Source of the DNA: Octopus sinensis
Lineage: Eukaryota
Assembly (NCBI RefSeq): GCF_006345805.1
Contig: NC_043006.1
Location: 37,696,001 to 37,760,000, forward strand
DNA length: 64,000 bases
Direction of reading: 5' to 3'
This document shows positions 36,495 through 49,210 of this stretch, piece after piece (position 1 is the first letter of the stretch; every line of letters starts with the position of its first letter). Below the pieces are notes generated by a model. The model saw nothing but the letters and a program-made list of their open reading frames with translations. It was not told the DNA's origin and ran no database searches. The position numbers and the translations under genes were made by a program.

Positions 36495-36744
36495 AACAAC
36501 AAACAAGATGAGGACAAATATCCGTCAAATGTAAATAAAGTTCCTAATAATTAATTATAAAAATATAAGATTTTTAAAAATACCAAATGGCTCTGAGGGT
36601 CCACTCAAGTAAAATAGCAAAAAAAGGAAAAACAAATGGTTGAGAACCATTGTGTTAAATGATGATACTGTCTGCTTCTGTGTTTTATTTCCTTAGATTT
36701 TTTCTCTGAAAAAAACAAAACAAAAAGAGTAAGAGATAACAAAC

Positions 36745-36929
36745 CTTTGACCTTTCTTTCAATTTGCTGGTCAATGGTAGAGAATAAGCCCTTTGAGAAG
36801 GACTGTCAGGGACAATCTTGACCTTAGATATCAGTTCTTCAGCTCGTTGTCGTTCTGATTTTCCACCCAGAGTATCCAGTATTGTCCGAAAGTCCCTCAT
36901 TGCAGTCTCACAGCAGCACAGCTTCTTCC
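36745..36929 (-). CDS. C7orf25: UPF0415/C7orf25 homologue exon
   Basis: ttgcAG|(G)KKLCCCETAMRDFRTILDTLGGKSERQRAEELISKVKIVPDSPSQRAYSLPLTSKLKERSK|GTTTGT; phase 1/0; matches the recalled vertebrate [24 protein letters not shown]...VPDQPS. Confidence 0.93.
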
Positions 36930-36975
36930 CTGCAATGGTTAAGAAATATCGAAGCAGTGAGCTGAAAGCAGAGTG

Positions 36976-37015
<40 letters not shown>

Positions 37016-38379
37016 AAGAATAAGCCAGTGGTTCCCAAACATTTTCAGGGTTGCCGCTCCGTTGACACTCAGACCACATTCCTAGTGCCCCCACTCAAAC
37101 TAACCATCACAAACATAGATCTAATGAACCCATTATTTTGTTGTTTTTACATGAATCACTACCCCTTATTGCCCCACTTCAACACCTCCTTGGAACTTTC
37201 CACTGCCTCCAGGGGGTTAATACTGCCTACTTTGGGAACCACTGGAGCAGACAATGGTTAACCCTCTGGCATTCAGAGTATTCTGCCAAATGCAATGCTT
37301 ATTTATTCACATTGTTTTCTAATTAATCATGCATTGTCTTGTACCTTTTAAGATTTCAATGATGAGATTATTTTTAAAATGACATTGTAGGGTAGGTGTG
37401 AGAGGCTGGATCTGGCTGTTTCAAAAATAAAACCAGTAGAATATTTGTGCAGGATAGCACCAGTTTAAATGCTAAAGAGTTAAAAGTGGTTCTAGAAGTA
37501 GAGACGGTCTGTTGTGGATGGGATGAAGATGATGGTGATGGCTTTGAAAGTGTTGATGATGATTGTTGTTTATAGCCCCAAATCAGCACTGACTGAACAG
37601 ATTTGTTATGATCAAAAGCATTCCAGCACTGACCATCTCACCTTACTTCCTGGCACAATGAGCCCAGGGTGATATTATCCAATATGGTCTTCTCTCATAA
37701 CAGAATGCTAGAAATACTTAGCTTTTCTTCTTTTTTTGTGTTTAAAAGACGGCTTAAAATTAATCTTTCAAATATTTGTTCTTTTATTCTTTTGCGAGTT
37801 TGTCTTTGAACTATGACCATGCTACAGCACCACCTTGAAAGGTTTAGTTGAACAAATCAATCCCTGTACTGATTCTATCAATCTCTTTTGATGAATGGCT
37901 AAGTTACAGGAACATAAACCAACACCAGTTGCCAGGCGGAAGTGAAACAAACACAAAGACACGCGCACACACACACACACACAATCAAATATTCAAAAGG
38001 CTTCCACACTGTCTCCATTTACCAAATTCACTTACAAGATATTAATCGGCCCAGGGCTATAGTAGAAAACATTTACCCAAGGTGCTAGCAAGGTGGGACT
38101 GAACCTGAAACCACATAGTTGCAAGGTAAGCTTCTTAACTATTCAGCCATGCCTAGCAACCCAGCACAATTCATAGAAAAATTTATGACAGAATCTGCAT
38201 AGAGAAAGCTTGCATTCTCAACACAAATCCTGTCAGAAAATTGTGCTAACAATATGTTCAGACTAAAAAAACCAAACCTTTTTCTAGTCCCCTAAAGAAC
38301 ATTCCTAGATGCCCAAACTCCTCATTGTTTGGATGACTTTAGAAATACAGTAAGGATTTTATATAAATGCAAAATAATA

Positions 38380-39720
38380 ATCCTTTTTACTAAAGGCACA
38401 AAGCCTGAAATTTTGTGAAAGGGACTTAGTCAATTACATCGACCCCAGTGAGCAACTGGTACTTATTTTATCAACCCTGGAGGGATAAAAGGCAGAGTCA
38501 GCCTTGACAGAATTTGAACTCAGAATGAAAGGATAGATGAAATACCACCAAACATTTTGGCAGCAAACAATTCTGCCAAATGATAACAACAACAACAATC
38601 GTTCCTACTACAGGCACAAGGACTGAAACTTTGAGGGAGGTGACTAATCGATTACATCGACCCCAGATGAAAGGCAAATTGGCTCCGGCAGAATTTGAAC
38701 TTAGAATGTGAAGACGGACAAAATGCTGCTAATGATAATAATAAAAATAATCTTTTCTACTCTAGGCACAAGGCCTGAAATTTTTTTTAGGGAAGGGGCC
38801 CAGTTGATTAGATCGATCTCAGTATGCAACTGGTACTTGATTTATCAACCCTGGAGGGATGAAAGGCAGAGTCAGCCTTGATAGAATTTGAACTCAGAAC
38901 GAAAGAATAGATGAAATGCCAGAATTTGGTGGAATTTGAACTCAGAAAATGAAAATAAACAAAATGCTGCTAAGCATTTCACCCGAATAATAATAATGAT
39001 GATGATGATGATAATAATATTTTCTATGATAGGCACAAGACTTGAAATTTGGGGGAAGGGGACAGTCGATTACATTGACTCCAGTTCTCAACTGGTATTT
39101 ATTTTATCGACCCCCAAAAGAATGAAAAGCAAAGCTACCCCCGGCAGCATTTGAACTCGGAACATGTAAGCAGTTCACCTGGCATGCTAACATTGCTACC
39201 AGCTCGCCACCTGAATAATAATAATAATAATGATGATAATGATAATAATAATAATGATAATAATAATAATCCTTTCTACGGGAAGTACAAGGCCTAAAAT
39301 TTGGGGGAAGGGATTAAGTTGATTACATCGATCCCAGTGCGCAACCGGTACCTATTTAATCAATGCTGAAAAGCAAAGTCGACCTTGGTGGAATCTGAAC
39401 TCAGAACATAGTGACAGACGAAATACAGCTCAGCATTTTGCCTGGCGTGCTAACAATTCTGCCAGCTCACCACGTTGTTGTTGTTGTTGTTGTTTAATAA
39501 TAATAATAATAATAATCCTTTCCACTATTGGCATAAGGCCTGATAATATTAATAACCCTTTCTAATTTTTGCACAACGGGAGCAATTTTGATGAAAAGGA
39601 GTAAGTTGATCCCATTGACCTGAAAGGATGAAAGGCAAAGCTGATCTTAGTAGCATTTGAACTCACAACTTAAAGATCCAAAAGAAATGTTGCTAAGCAT
39701 TTTTGTCTGACGTGCTAACG
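38380..39720 (-). mobile_element. Cluster of SINE family B copies with (AAT)n spacers
   Basis: Multiple reverse-complement units. Confidence 0.8.
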
Positions 39721-40304
39721 ATTCAGGCAGCTAAATAATTGTTAGAAAAATGACGAGAGGAAATTGGTCGACCAAATTCCCCTCAAATCCCACCATGCCA
39801 TCCAGTACAGAGGGGACATGCTGGACAATGTAATCCTAGATACACAATGCCTAGGAAAAAGAATGTGTGATCATTACTGGAATGTCAACAAGCCTAGATC
39901 TGTCAGCTGGTATCCGGACTCACCTGGGACCAAACAAAATCAACAACAATTACTTCATACAGAAGAGCGGGAAACCAACTTTTCATGCCACTCCTGCCCA
40001 CCACCGTTCAATCACAAATACTACATAACGCCACCCTGACAACATCATCACTAATATGACAACTACCACCACCACTACCCCACCAGCATCAACACTACTG
40101 CCTCATCGTCCACCTCTTACTGCTACCCTCAGCATTCAATCACAACCACTACTGTCATTGTTATTACATCAACCACCCCAATACAACTGTCTCCACTACT
40201 ACTGCTACCACCACCATCACCACCACCACCACAATGAAGTGTCGTTTCTTCAAAAGAAGAAGTGAACCTTGGCTCCAGGAGAGAAATCTTTACCTACGTC
40301 AACA

Positions 40305-40318
40305 GTTGTCATGGTAAC
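40305..40318. promoter_or_regulatory. RFX X-box-like palindrome GTTGTCATGGTAAC
   Basis: Fits GTNNYYATRRNAAC; CRE half-site TACGTCA about 5 bp upstream; in unique intronic sequence. Confidence 0.3.
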
Positions 40319-40564
40319 CATCTCACACATCTTTCTCACATATGTATGTGGAGACTAGAGAAGGTGACTGTGAGGATAAAAGGAGGCGAGATGAATGTTT
40401 GCGTACGTATATATGTATTACATATGTGTGTGTGCATGTATGTATATATACATGAGCATTTATATACATACATATATACACATCATACATATCTATACAC
40501 ACAAACAAATATACGTACTTGCATACAAATATATGTGTGTCAATATATATATATTCTCTTTTTT

Positions 40565-40950
40565 CTTTACTCACTTTTACTTGTTTCAGTCATTTGACTG
40601 TGGCCATGCTGGAGCACCGCCTTCTAGTTGAGTAATTCGACCCCAGAACTTATTCTTTGTAAGCCTAGTACTTATTCTATCAGTCTCTTTTGCTGAACTG
40701 CTAAGTTACGGGGATGTAAACACACCAGCATCAGTTGTCAAGCAATGGTGGGGGGACAGACACACAAACATATACACACATACATATATATACATATATA
40801 CAACGGGTTTCTACCAAATCCACTCACAAGGCTTTGGTCGACCCGATGCTATAGTAGAAGACACTTGCCCAAGGTGCCACGCAATGGAAATGAACCCGGA
40901 ACCATGTGGTTGGTAAGCAAGCTACTTACCACACAGCCACTCCTGTGCCT
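40565..40950 (-). mobile_element. SINE family A
   Basis: Full unit. Confidence 0.85.
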
Positions 40951-41010
40951 ATATATATATATATATATATTCATATTCATATAATTATATGGATATATCT
41001 ATGTATATGC

Positions 41011-41041
<31 letters not shown>

Positions 41042-41825
41042 TATATTTGTATGCAAGTATGTATATTTGTGTGTATAGATATGTATGAGGTGTATATATA
41101 TATATGCCTATATACAGGTATATGTAGGTATAACATACATACACATACTTGTATATATATATATATATATATATATGCATATATATGCATGAATATGTGT
41201 ATATATGAATGTATGTATATATGTACACATAAGTGCAGTCATGGCTGTGTGGTAAGAAGCCTACTTCCTAACCATATGGTTCTGGATTAAGTTCCAGTGT
41301 GTGGCACCTTGGGCCAGTATCTTCTACTATAGCCCCAGGATGACCAAAGTCCTGTGAGTGGTTTTGGTAGACAGAAACTGGATGTGTGTGTGATTGCATT
41401 GGTTTGTTTATGTCCCCTATAACTTAGCAGTTTGGCAAAAAAGAAACCGATTGAACAAGTACCAGGCTTAAGAAAAAAATAAGCCCGGGAGTTGATTCAT
41501 TTGATTAGAAACACTTAAAGGTCGTGCCCTGCCATGGCTGCTGTCCAATGACTGAAACAAGTAAACGATGCAAGAGATATATATGTAAATAGGTATGTGA
41601 ATATATATATATGTGTGTATATATATATATATATACATGAGCACATATATATATGTATGTGTATAAATATATGTATGTATATATATATATATACATACAC
41701 ACATACACTAGAGTGGATGCAAGTGCTAATATATATGATTTATAAAAACATGTGACATATTAATAAAAATCTGTAAATATAAAACCATCCAGATTTCTGA
41801 GTACCTTATTTCTTCTAATATATAC

Positions 41826-41875
<50 letters not shown>

Positions 41876-42979
41876 TGTATTTTATATATATTTAGGTGCA
41901 GGAATGGCTGTGTGGTAAGTAGCTTGCTTACCAACCACATGGTTCTGGGTTCAGTCTCACTGTGTAGCACCTTGGGCAAATGCCTTCTTCTATAGCCTCA
42001 GGCTGACCAGAGCTTTGTGAGAGGATTTTGGAAACTGAAAGAAGCCCATCACATATATGTGTATAGATATCTCTGTGTGTGTCTTTGTGTCTGTGTTTGT
42101 CCCCCACCACCACAGTTTGACAACCGGTGTTGGTGTGTTTATGACCCTGTAACTTAGCAATTTGGCAAAACAGACCGATAGAATAAGCATCAGGCTTTAA
42201 AAAAAATAAGTACTACGTGGGGGGATGATACATTCAACTAAAAGTTCATCCGGGTTGTGCACCAGCATGGCTGCAATCTAATGACTGGGACAAGTGAAAG
42301 ACAGAAGATATAATTCGATAGAAGCTGCAACCAATGACCCCTACCATCTTTATAAGGAAAGTTTGTTCTTTCAGATGCTGGTTCCACTTAAAAAGTACCT
42401 GTGCTGGTGCTGCATAAAAGCACCTGTGCCGGCGGGACATAAAAAGCCCCCAGATTACACTGTTAAGTGGTTGGCATTAGGAAGGGCATCCAGCGCTAAA
42501 AACCATGCTACAAAAGACACCTGGAGTCTGGACAGCTTCCTACTAGTCGGTTCCATTTCAAAGTATCCAACCCATGCCAGCATGAAAAGCAGACGTTAAA
42601 TGATGATGATGATGATATATATAAATGTGGAGTGTTTTTTAAGACATTATGATTGGAAAGCTCTGATTTCCAGTACTCAGTGTTGTTCATTTTCAATCAT
42701 CAGTGGTAAAGTAAGCCTGGTTTATTTTTGAATATCCACCGTCTGAATAGTGTTTGAAGTACGAAATGAAAGTTTGAAGGAAATGTTTATCCTGACATCC
42801 TTTTGTTTAAAAGCCTTTGTGAATGACATGCACAAGAAGCAGAAATGAAATCAAAAGCATGAGCTTGAAGTAGCTGTTTTCGCATGTGTTGTTTCACAAA
42901 GGTTTTGAAATGAAAGAACATAAAGAAAAGTGCTTCCTTCAAACTTTCATTTCATATTTCTAAAAACATTGATATAGGC

Positions 42980-43335
42980 ATAGAGTGGCTGTGTGGTAAG
43001 CAGCTTGCTTACGAACCACATGGTTCCAGGTTTAGTCCCACTGCGTGGCACCTTGGGCAAGTGTCTTCGGCTATAGCCTCGGGCCGACCAAAGCCTTGTG
43101 AGTGGATTTGTAGATGGAAACTGAAAGAAGCCCGTTGTATATATGTGTGTATATATATGTTTGTGTGTTGTGTTTGCCCCCCCTCCTCCAAAATCGCTTG
43201 ACAACCTATGCTAGTGTGTTTACGTCCCCGTAACTTAGCGGTTCGGCAAAAGATACTGATAGAATAAGTCCTGGGGTCGATTTCCTCGACTAAAGGCGGC
43301 GCTCCAGCATGGCCACAGTCAAATGACTGAAAAAT
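42980..43335 (+). mobile_element. SINE family A
   Basis: Full unit, low divergence. Confidence 0.85.
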
Positions 43336-43689
43336 TGAAATGAATAAATAGGGAATATTAAAAAAAAAAACAAGGCTTGATTTACCGGCTATGATTGGAA
43401 AGGAGCAACTCTGGGTACTGGAAATTGAAGACTTTCTGTTATAATGTATTACAGAATACTCTTACGTATTGAGTCCAGGAATTTGTTACTTCTGGTGAAG
43501 TCCCATTGCCTGATATCTTGGGCAAGTACCTTCTACTCTAGCATTGGGCTGACCAAAGCCGTGTGAGCGGATTTGGTAGATGTAAATTGAAAGAAGCCTA
43601 TCACAGTTTTACAGCTATTTGTGTGTGTGTGTGTGTGTGTGTATTTTTCCCTCATTTTAAATCTGGGTTTTGTCCTCGTGAACGGGGGT

Positions 43690-44240
43690 GGTCGGATCCA
43701 CCTCAATGCCACAGCAACTGCCCTCACACCATCTCAACAGGTTTTGGGTGTCTTCCTTTCTCAAGCCAACCCTCACAATCACCTCTTCCACCAGTCCCCT
43801 CCTCCGTCTACCTCGCTTTCGTGGTCCATTTACCTCAAACTCAAGCACCCTCTTCAGAACATGCTCCTCATCCCTCCTCAACATGCCCATACCACCATGC
43901 TCCATTCGCCCTTACCAGCTGTTCCACTGATTCCTCCAACTCCAGCTGGTATATATATATATATATCTCATCATCCTCATCATCATCATTTAGCGTCCGC
44001 TTTCCATGCTAGCATGGGTTGGACGGTTCAACTGGGGTCTGTGAAGCCAGAAGGCTGCATGAGGCCCAGTCTGATCTGGCAGTGTTTCTACGGCTGGATG
44101 CCCTTCCTAACGCCAACCACTCTGTGAGTGTAGTGGGTGCTTTTTACGTGCCACCCGCACAGGTGCCAGACGGAGCTGGGAAACGGCCACGGACGGATGG
44201 TGCTTTTTACGTGCCACCGGCACGGGGGCCAGGCGAGGCT
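43690..44240 (-). mobile_element. Decayed LINE C-terminal fragment plus RTE-tail element
   Basis: VLKRVLEFEVNGPRKRGR remnant; young-looking RTE tail at 43970-44235. Confidence 0.7.
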
Positions 44241-44957
44241 GATGCATACATATATGTACATACCTACATATATATATTTATTTCATTGTATATATATATA
44301 TATATATATGCATATATGGGTACAGGACATCAAAAAAACATTGAACACAATGAAAAACGAAAACATAAAAACAACTTTTTTTTTAATGAAAAACATAAAA
44401 AACGAACTTTTTTTCGAACAATGAAAAAGAACAAACAGAGAAACGAGACATGCAACATAAAGAATATTTCCCTTCTTCACTTGTTCGTGTTTTGAAGGCA
44501 AGGACAATATGTGACTTCGTTGAAACCGTTCTTCCCGCAAAGCAAATTAAATAAAATTTGGGATTTTTTGCTGTTAAGCCAAGACAATAGAAAAATATAT
44601 ATATCTAAACACACACACGCACACACACACACATATATGTATTTGCGTGTGTGTGTTTATCTCCCCCCCACCGCTTGAAAACCAATTGGTGTGTTTACGC
44701 ATCTGTAATTTAATGGTTCTGCAAAAGAGACCGATCGAATAAGTACTAGGCTTACAAAGAATAAGTCTTAGGGTCGATTTGTTCAACTAAAGGTGCTGTT
44801 CCAGCATGACCACAGTCAAATGACTGAAACAAGTAAAAGAATAAAAATACATACACACACATGTATATATACATATACAGTAATTCCTCACGTTACAAGG
44901 ATCTGCTTTGTAAGACCCTGGGTTTATGAACTTTGGTGACTTTTATTTTCTGCTTAT

Positions 44958-45345
44958 AGGTGCAGGAGTAGCTGTGTGGTAAGTAGCTTGCTTACCAACC
45001 ACATGGTTCCGGGTTCAGTCCCACTGTATGGAACCTTGGGCAAGAGTCTTCTACTATAGCCTTGGGCTGACCAAAGCCTTGTGAGTGGATTTGGTAGATG
45101 GAAAATGAAAGAAGCCTGTTGTGTATGTGTGTGTGTATATGTTTGTGTGTCTGTGTTTGTCCCCCCCAACATCGCTTGACAACAGATGCTGGTGTGTTAA
45201 CACCTCCGTAACTTAGTGGTTCGGCAAAAGAGATCGATAGAATATGTACTAGGTTTACAAAGAATAAGTCCTGGGGTCGATTTGCTCAACTAAAGGTGGT
45301 GCTACAGCATGGCCGCAGTCAAATGACTGAAACAAGTAAAAGAGT
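44958..45345 (+). mobile_element. SINE family A
   Basis: Full unit. Confidence 0.88.
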
Positions 45346-45768
45346 AAAAAAGAGTTTTCACTTTGCAAGCATTCTCCGGGAAGGAATTAACTTGTATACC
45401 AAGGCATTATGGCATATCTTTTATCTTTAACTTGTTTCATTCTTTGGACAGTGGCCATGTTGGAGCACCACCATTAAAAGGTTTTAACAAAATGAATCGA
45501 CCCCAGGACTTATTTTTTTCTTAAGCTGGGTACTTACCCTATGGGTCTCTTATGCTTAAAATACTACTTGACAACTGATATTGGTGTGTTTACATTCCCA
45601 TGACTTAACAGTTCAGCAAACGAGACTGATAGAATAAGCACCAGATTCAAAAAATAAGTACTGGGGTTGATATATTCAGTTAAAAATTCTCCAAGATGGT
45701 GCCCTAGCATGGCTACAGTCTAATTTCTCATAACTGAAATTTCAAAGTTATGAAATAATACATAATTA

Positions 45769-46280
45769 CTAGGCTGAGGAAAAAGTTTGTGCACTGTGTT
45801 AAAATAATGCGTTTTTTTCATATAATTTTGTGGTGTTCATTCAGCTCATCTCATATTCAGTGGTGACTCACTGTGTTCATCAAAAACGCGCTTTGTTTCA
45901 ACAAGACAATGCAAAGCTGCATACTGCCAGAAAGACCAGCAACAAGATTGAAGAATTGGACAGTGTAGAAGTTCTGCCACATCCAGCCTACAGTCCAGAC
46001 GTTGCTCCATCTAACTACGGTCTCTTCTGATCAATGCATCACTTTATGAAAGGTCACCAATTTGAGTCATTCGATGAAATTGAAGAAGCCTGTCAACAAT
46101 TTTTTGATTCAAAGCCAAAGGATTGGTACTTTGACCAAATCTGAAAACACGCAGATCATTGGCAGAAGGTCGTGGAAAATAATGGTCTTTATTTTGAAGA
46201 ATAGTTGTTGTAGTTTTTGAATAAATTCTTGCATAAAAAAGTTATTTTAACATGGCGCACAAACTTTTTTTCCAGCCTAG
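45769..46280 (+). mobile_element. Internally deleted mariner (DD34D-type) element
   Basis: TA TSDs (45767-45768, 46281-46282); TIRs CTAGGCTG.GGAAAAAGTTTGTGC / GCACAAACTTTTTTTCCAGCCTAG; remnant FQQDNAKLHTA...HPAYSPDVAPSNYGLF*. Confidence 0.9.
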
Positions 46281-46455
46281 TAATTCAAGACAAATTGAAT
46301 AAATAACTCTTTGCATTTGACAAAATAATCTAAATTTTAAAGGGTTAAGACTGTGGCCCACAACGGTTGAGGTCTGTTGAACGAAACAAGTGAAAGAAAA
46401 ACAAATGGTCCATGCACTACCATGTGAAGCAGAAATACATAAAAGCAAACGGTAC

Positions 46456-47630
46456 CTTTTAGGAAATCCAACATTTGAGGTAGGACTGGTTTCTCTCGTT
46501 CTTCTTTAGCTTGTAAGGTAAGGATTTTCTCAGGGAAAATGAAATTGCAGTGTCCATGTGTGACAGCAGAGACCAGAGTGATCAGAGTAGTGATGTCCAA
46601 ATTGACGATTCGGATGTGGTCGGATCCGATAAAATTGATTCCTCTTTCGATAGTTGCCATTGATAAGGATGATGATGTACATGATGATGATGAAGAAGCA
46701 TATGAAGAGGGATATGATGATGATGCAAATGTCAGTTGTTGTTGTGGTGGTGGTTTCTTGTTGATGCCTGACTGTAGGTTTCCAGGATGAGAAGCATCAG
46801 CAGTAAACATGATGGAGCTCATGTCAATGTTCTTGCCACCATTGTTGTCGGCATCAACACAGATTGCAGAATTGGCTGGGCTTTGCTGGGAATGCATTGA
46901 CTGTGCCTGCGTCATGATGCACTTCTGAATCAGCAACAACAAACTGAGATTCTGCCGAGAATCTCCGTTGTTAGGAAGCCCCGCCCCCACCTCTTCATCC
47001 TCACCTTCCTCTTCCTCTTCCACTCCTCGATAAGCTGCCGTAAATGCAACATGGACTCGTCGATGGTGGTTTGCACCGTTTTCTCAATGTGCAGCAAGTG
47101 CTTGCAGTCTGCACTACTTTCATTGCAGACGGATGCACAACCAGACATTTCTAGCTGCTGAATATTCTGGTTGGGATTTGAACTTGATGACATGCTAGCA
47201 CCAAGCAGAATGTTAGAACTGCTGTTGTGCACATCATCATGATCATGATCCTCATCATCATCGTCATCATCATCATCATCATCACTGAGAACAGTAGCAT
47301 TGATATTATATTCACTAGAGTCACAAGCAACACCATCTTCACCATCACCGAGAGAATCACTATCATAATCATCATCATCATCTTCATCGTCATCATCAAA
47401 GTACTCTGGTACAGACATCAGCTTCTGCTTTGTTTCCGAACAAACTGGAACCACATCGCCATGGACACGGATGCCAAGTTGTTGAAGCCAATCAGCCATT
47501 GGCTGAGTGACTGCGTTGAAGAACACAAAATGTACCCTGGGGATGAGGTAGTTGATAGGATGTTGCTTTGCACATCTCAGGTAGTCTTTCACCTGACGAG
47601 TGATGCCACGCTCACTGAACTGACCCCGAC
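46456..47630 (-). CDS. C7orf25: UPF0415/C7orf25 homologue large exon (one-base frameshift as assembled)
   Basis: tttcttctAG|(G)RGQFSERGITRQVKDYLRCAKQHPINYLIPRVHFVFFNAVTQPMADWLQQLGIRVHGDVV at the 5' end; VNLDITTLITLVSAVTHGHCNFIFPEKILTLQAKEEREKPVLPQMLDFLKG|GTACCG at the 3' end; both match C7orf25; 1175 bp with phase 1/1. Confidence 0.88.
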
Positions 47631-47779
47631 CTAGAAGAAAGGAAAAACAAACAAGAAGCAAAAAGAAGGGTAAACAACAATGTAAATAAATATTAATGAG
47701 AATACAGTTCTATATTTAAGAGACGAGGAATTATTTACATTATTTGCATTTGATGGATATTTGTCCTCATCTTGTTGTT

Positions 47780-47825
47780 AACACAACATTTCAGCTGATA
47801 TACCCTCCAGCCTTCATCAGGTATC
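47780..47825 (-). ncRNA. Minimal type I hammerhead motif, core intact, stems with G-U wobbles
   Basis: GATAC-CTGATGA-A-GGCTG-loop-CAGCT-GAAAT-GTT-GTGTT. Confidence 0.65.
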
Positions 47826-48090
47826 TTGGGGAAATTTTGAACCTGGGTTCTCATTCCCAAGGTATTTTTAGATGTTGTTAGGTCACTGCTTGGAATTGAA
47901 CTCGAAATCTTGGGGTTAGCAGCCCACGCTCTTAACCACTCTTGTAAATAATAATAATAACATTGTGGTTAAGAGCGCGGGCGACTAACCCCAAGATTTT
48001 GAGTTCGATTCCAGGTAGTAACCTGAATAATAATAATAATATAAAAAAATACTTTAGGAATGATAAAACCCAGGTTCAAGATTTCCCCAA

Positions 48091-48136
48091 GACACCTGAT
48101 GAAGGCTGGAGGGTATATCAGCCAAAACGTTGCGTT
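48091..48136 (+). ncRNA. Minimal type I hammerhead motif, probably inactivated (G12A)
   Basis: GACAC-CTGATGA-A-GGCTG-loop-CAGCC-AAAAC-GTT-GCGTT. Confidence 0.6.
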
Positions 48137-48563
48137 AACAAACAAGATGAGGACAATTATCCGTCAAATGTAAATAATGTATCAATGAGCATGTTTCTCT
48201 TTTTAGGAATATAGATTTACTAGGAGGAGGAGAGGATTCCCAGTTCCCTCACTCCTGCCCCTTTTAGTTGCCTTTAATGCCATGCAGGGAATACGGTGAC
48301 TGCATTCTACTGATCTATCCTACCCTCAGTCGCAGGGGTTTTGCTAGTTAACCCATAGCTGGGTTATCACTCCGGGCCAGAGTAGACCTGGGGACAATAG
48401 TGGTTAAGAGGTGGTTCCACACTCCTCAAACTCTGAAACAAGGGCCACAGGGTCCCACTAACGGATGCAGTTAATAGTCATACATTTGAGCTGGGAAATG
48501 AATGGAATGCCTGCTGTGTCTTGTGGCTACCCACTCCTAAAATAAATGGGGAATAGGCCTGGG

Positions 48564-48602
<39 letters not shown>

Positions 48603-48769
48603 CATATATATCAATGAGAACAACAATGATGACGTGATGTTGATGATGATGATAGTGTTGATGATAATGATGATGGAGATGACAACAAGGATGATAATGA
48701 TGGAAATAGCAGTGATGATAATAACTGGTATTATTACACTGGTTACAATGATGAATGTTCCAAAGGAGG

Positions 48770-49210
48770 TGAGCTGGCAGAAACATTAGCACACTGGGCA
48801 AAATGCTTAGCAGTATTTCATCAGTCTTTATGTTCTGAGTTCAAATATCACAAAGGTTAACTCTGCCTTTCATCCGTTCGAGGTCGATAAATTAGGTACC
48901 AGTTGCATTCTGGGTCGATCTAATAAACTGGCCCCTTTCCCAAAAATTTTGGGCCTTGTGCCTAGAGTGGAAAAGAATATTTCATGGACGTTAAGGCAGT
49001 GAGCTGGCAGGAACGTTAGCATGCCAGGTGAAATGCTTAGCGATATTTCACCTGTCTTTACATTCTGAGTTCAAATTCCACTGAGGACGACTTTGCCTTT
49101 CGTCCTTTTGGATCTGATAAATTAAGTACCAGTTGCATACTGGAGTCGATCTAATCAACTGGCTCCCTTCCCAAAAATTTCAAGCCTTGTGCCTAGAGTA
49201 GTAAAGAACG
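48770..49210 (+). mobile_element. Two SINE family B copies
   Basis: Match to the family B unit. Confidence 0.8.

Larger units (their letters stand above)
36069..36538. mobile_element. Fold-back non-autonomous retroelement (tRNA-like head + hammerhead arms), copy 1
   Basis: 13-bp TSD AGTTCCTAATAAT (36056-36068 / 36539-36551); inverted arms about 36105-36327 / 36332-36538; 36-bp unpaired tail 36069-36104. Confidence 0.88.
47704..48179. mobile_element. Fold-back non-autonomous retroelement (tRNA-like head + hammerhead arms), copy 2
   Basis: Degenerate 13-bp TSD TATTAATGAGAAT (47691-47703) / TATCAATGAGCAT (48180-48192); same terminus ACAGTTCTATATTTAAGAG as copy 1; 34-bp unpaired tail. Confidence 0.85.
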
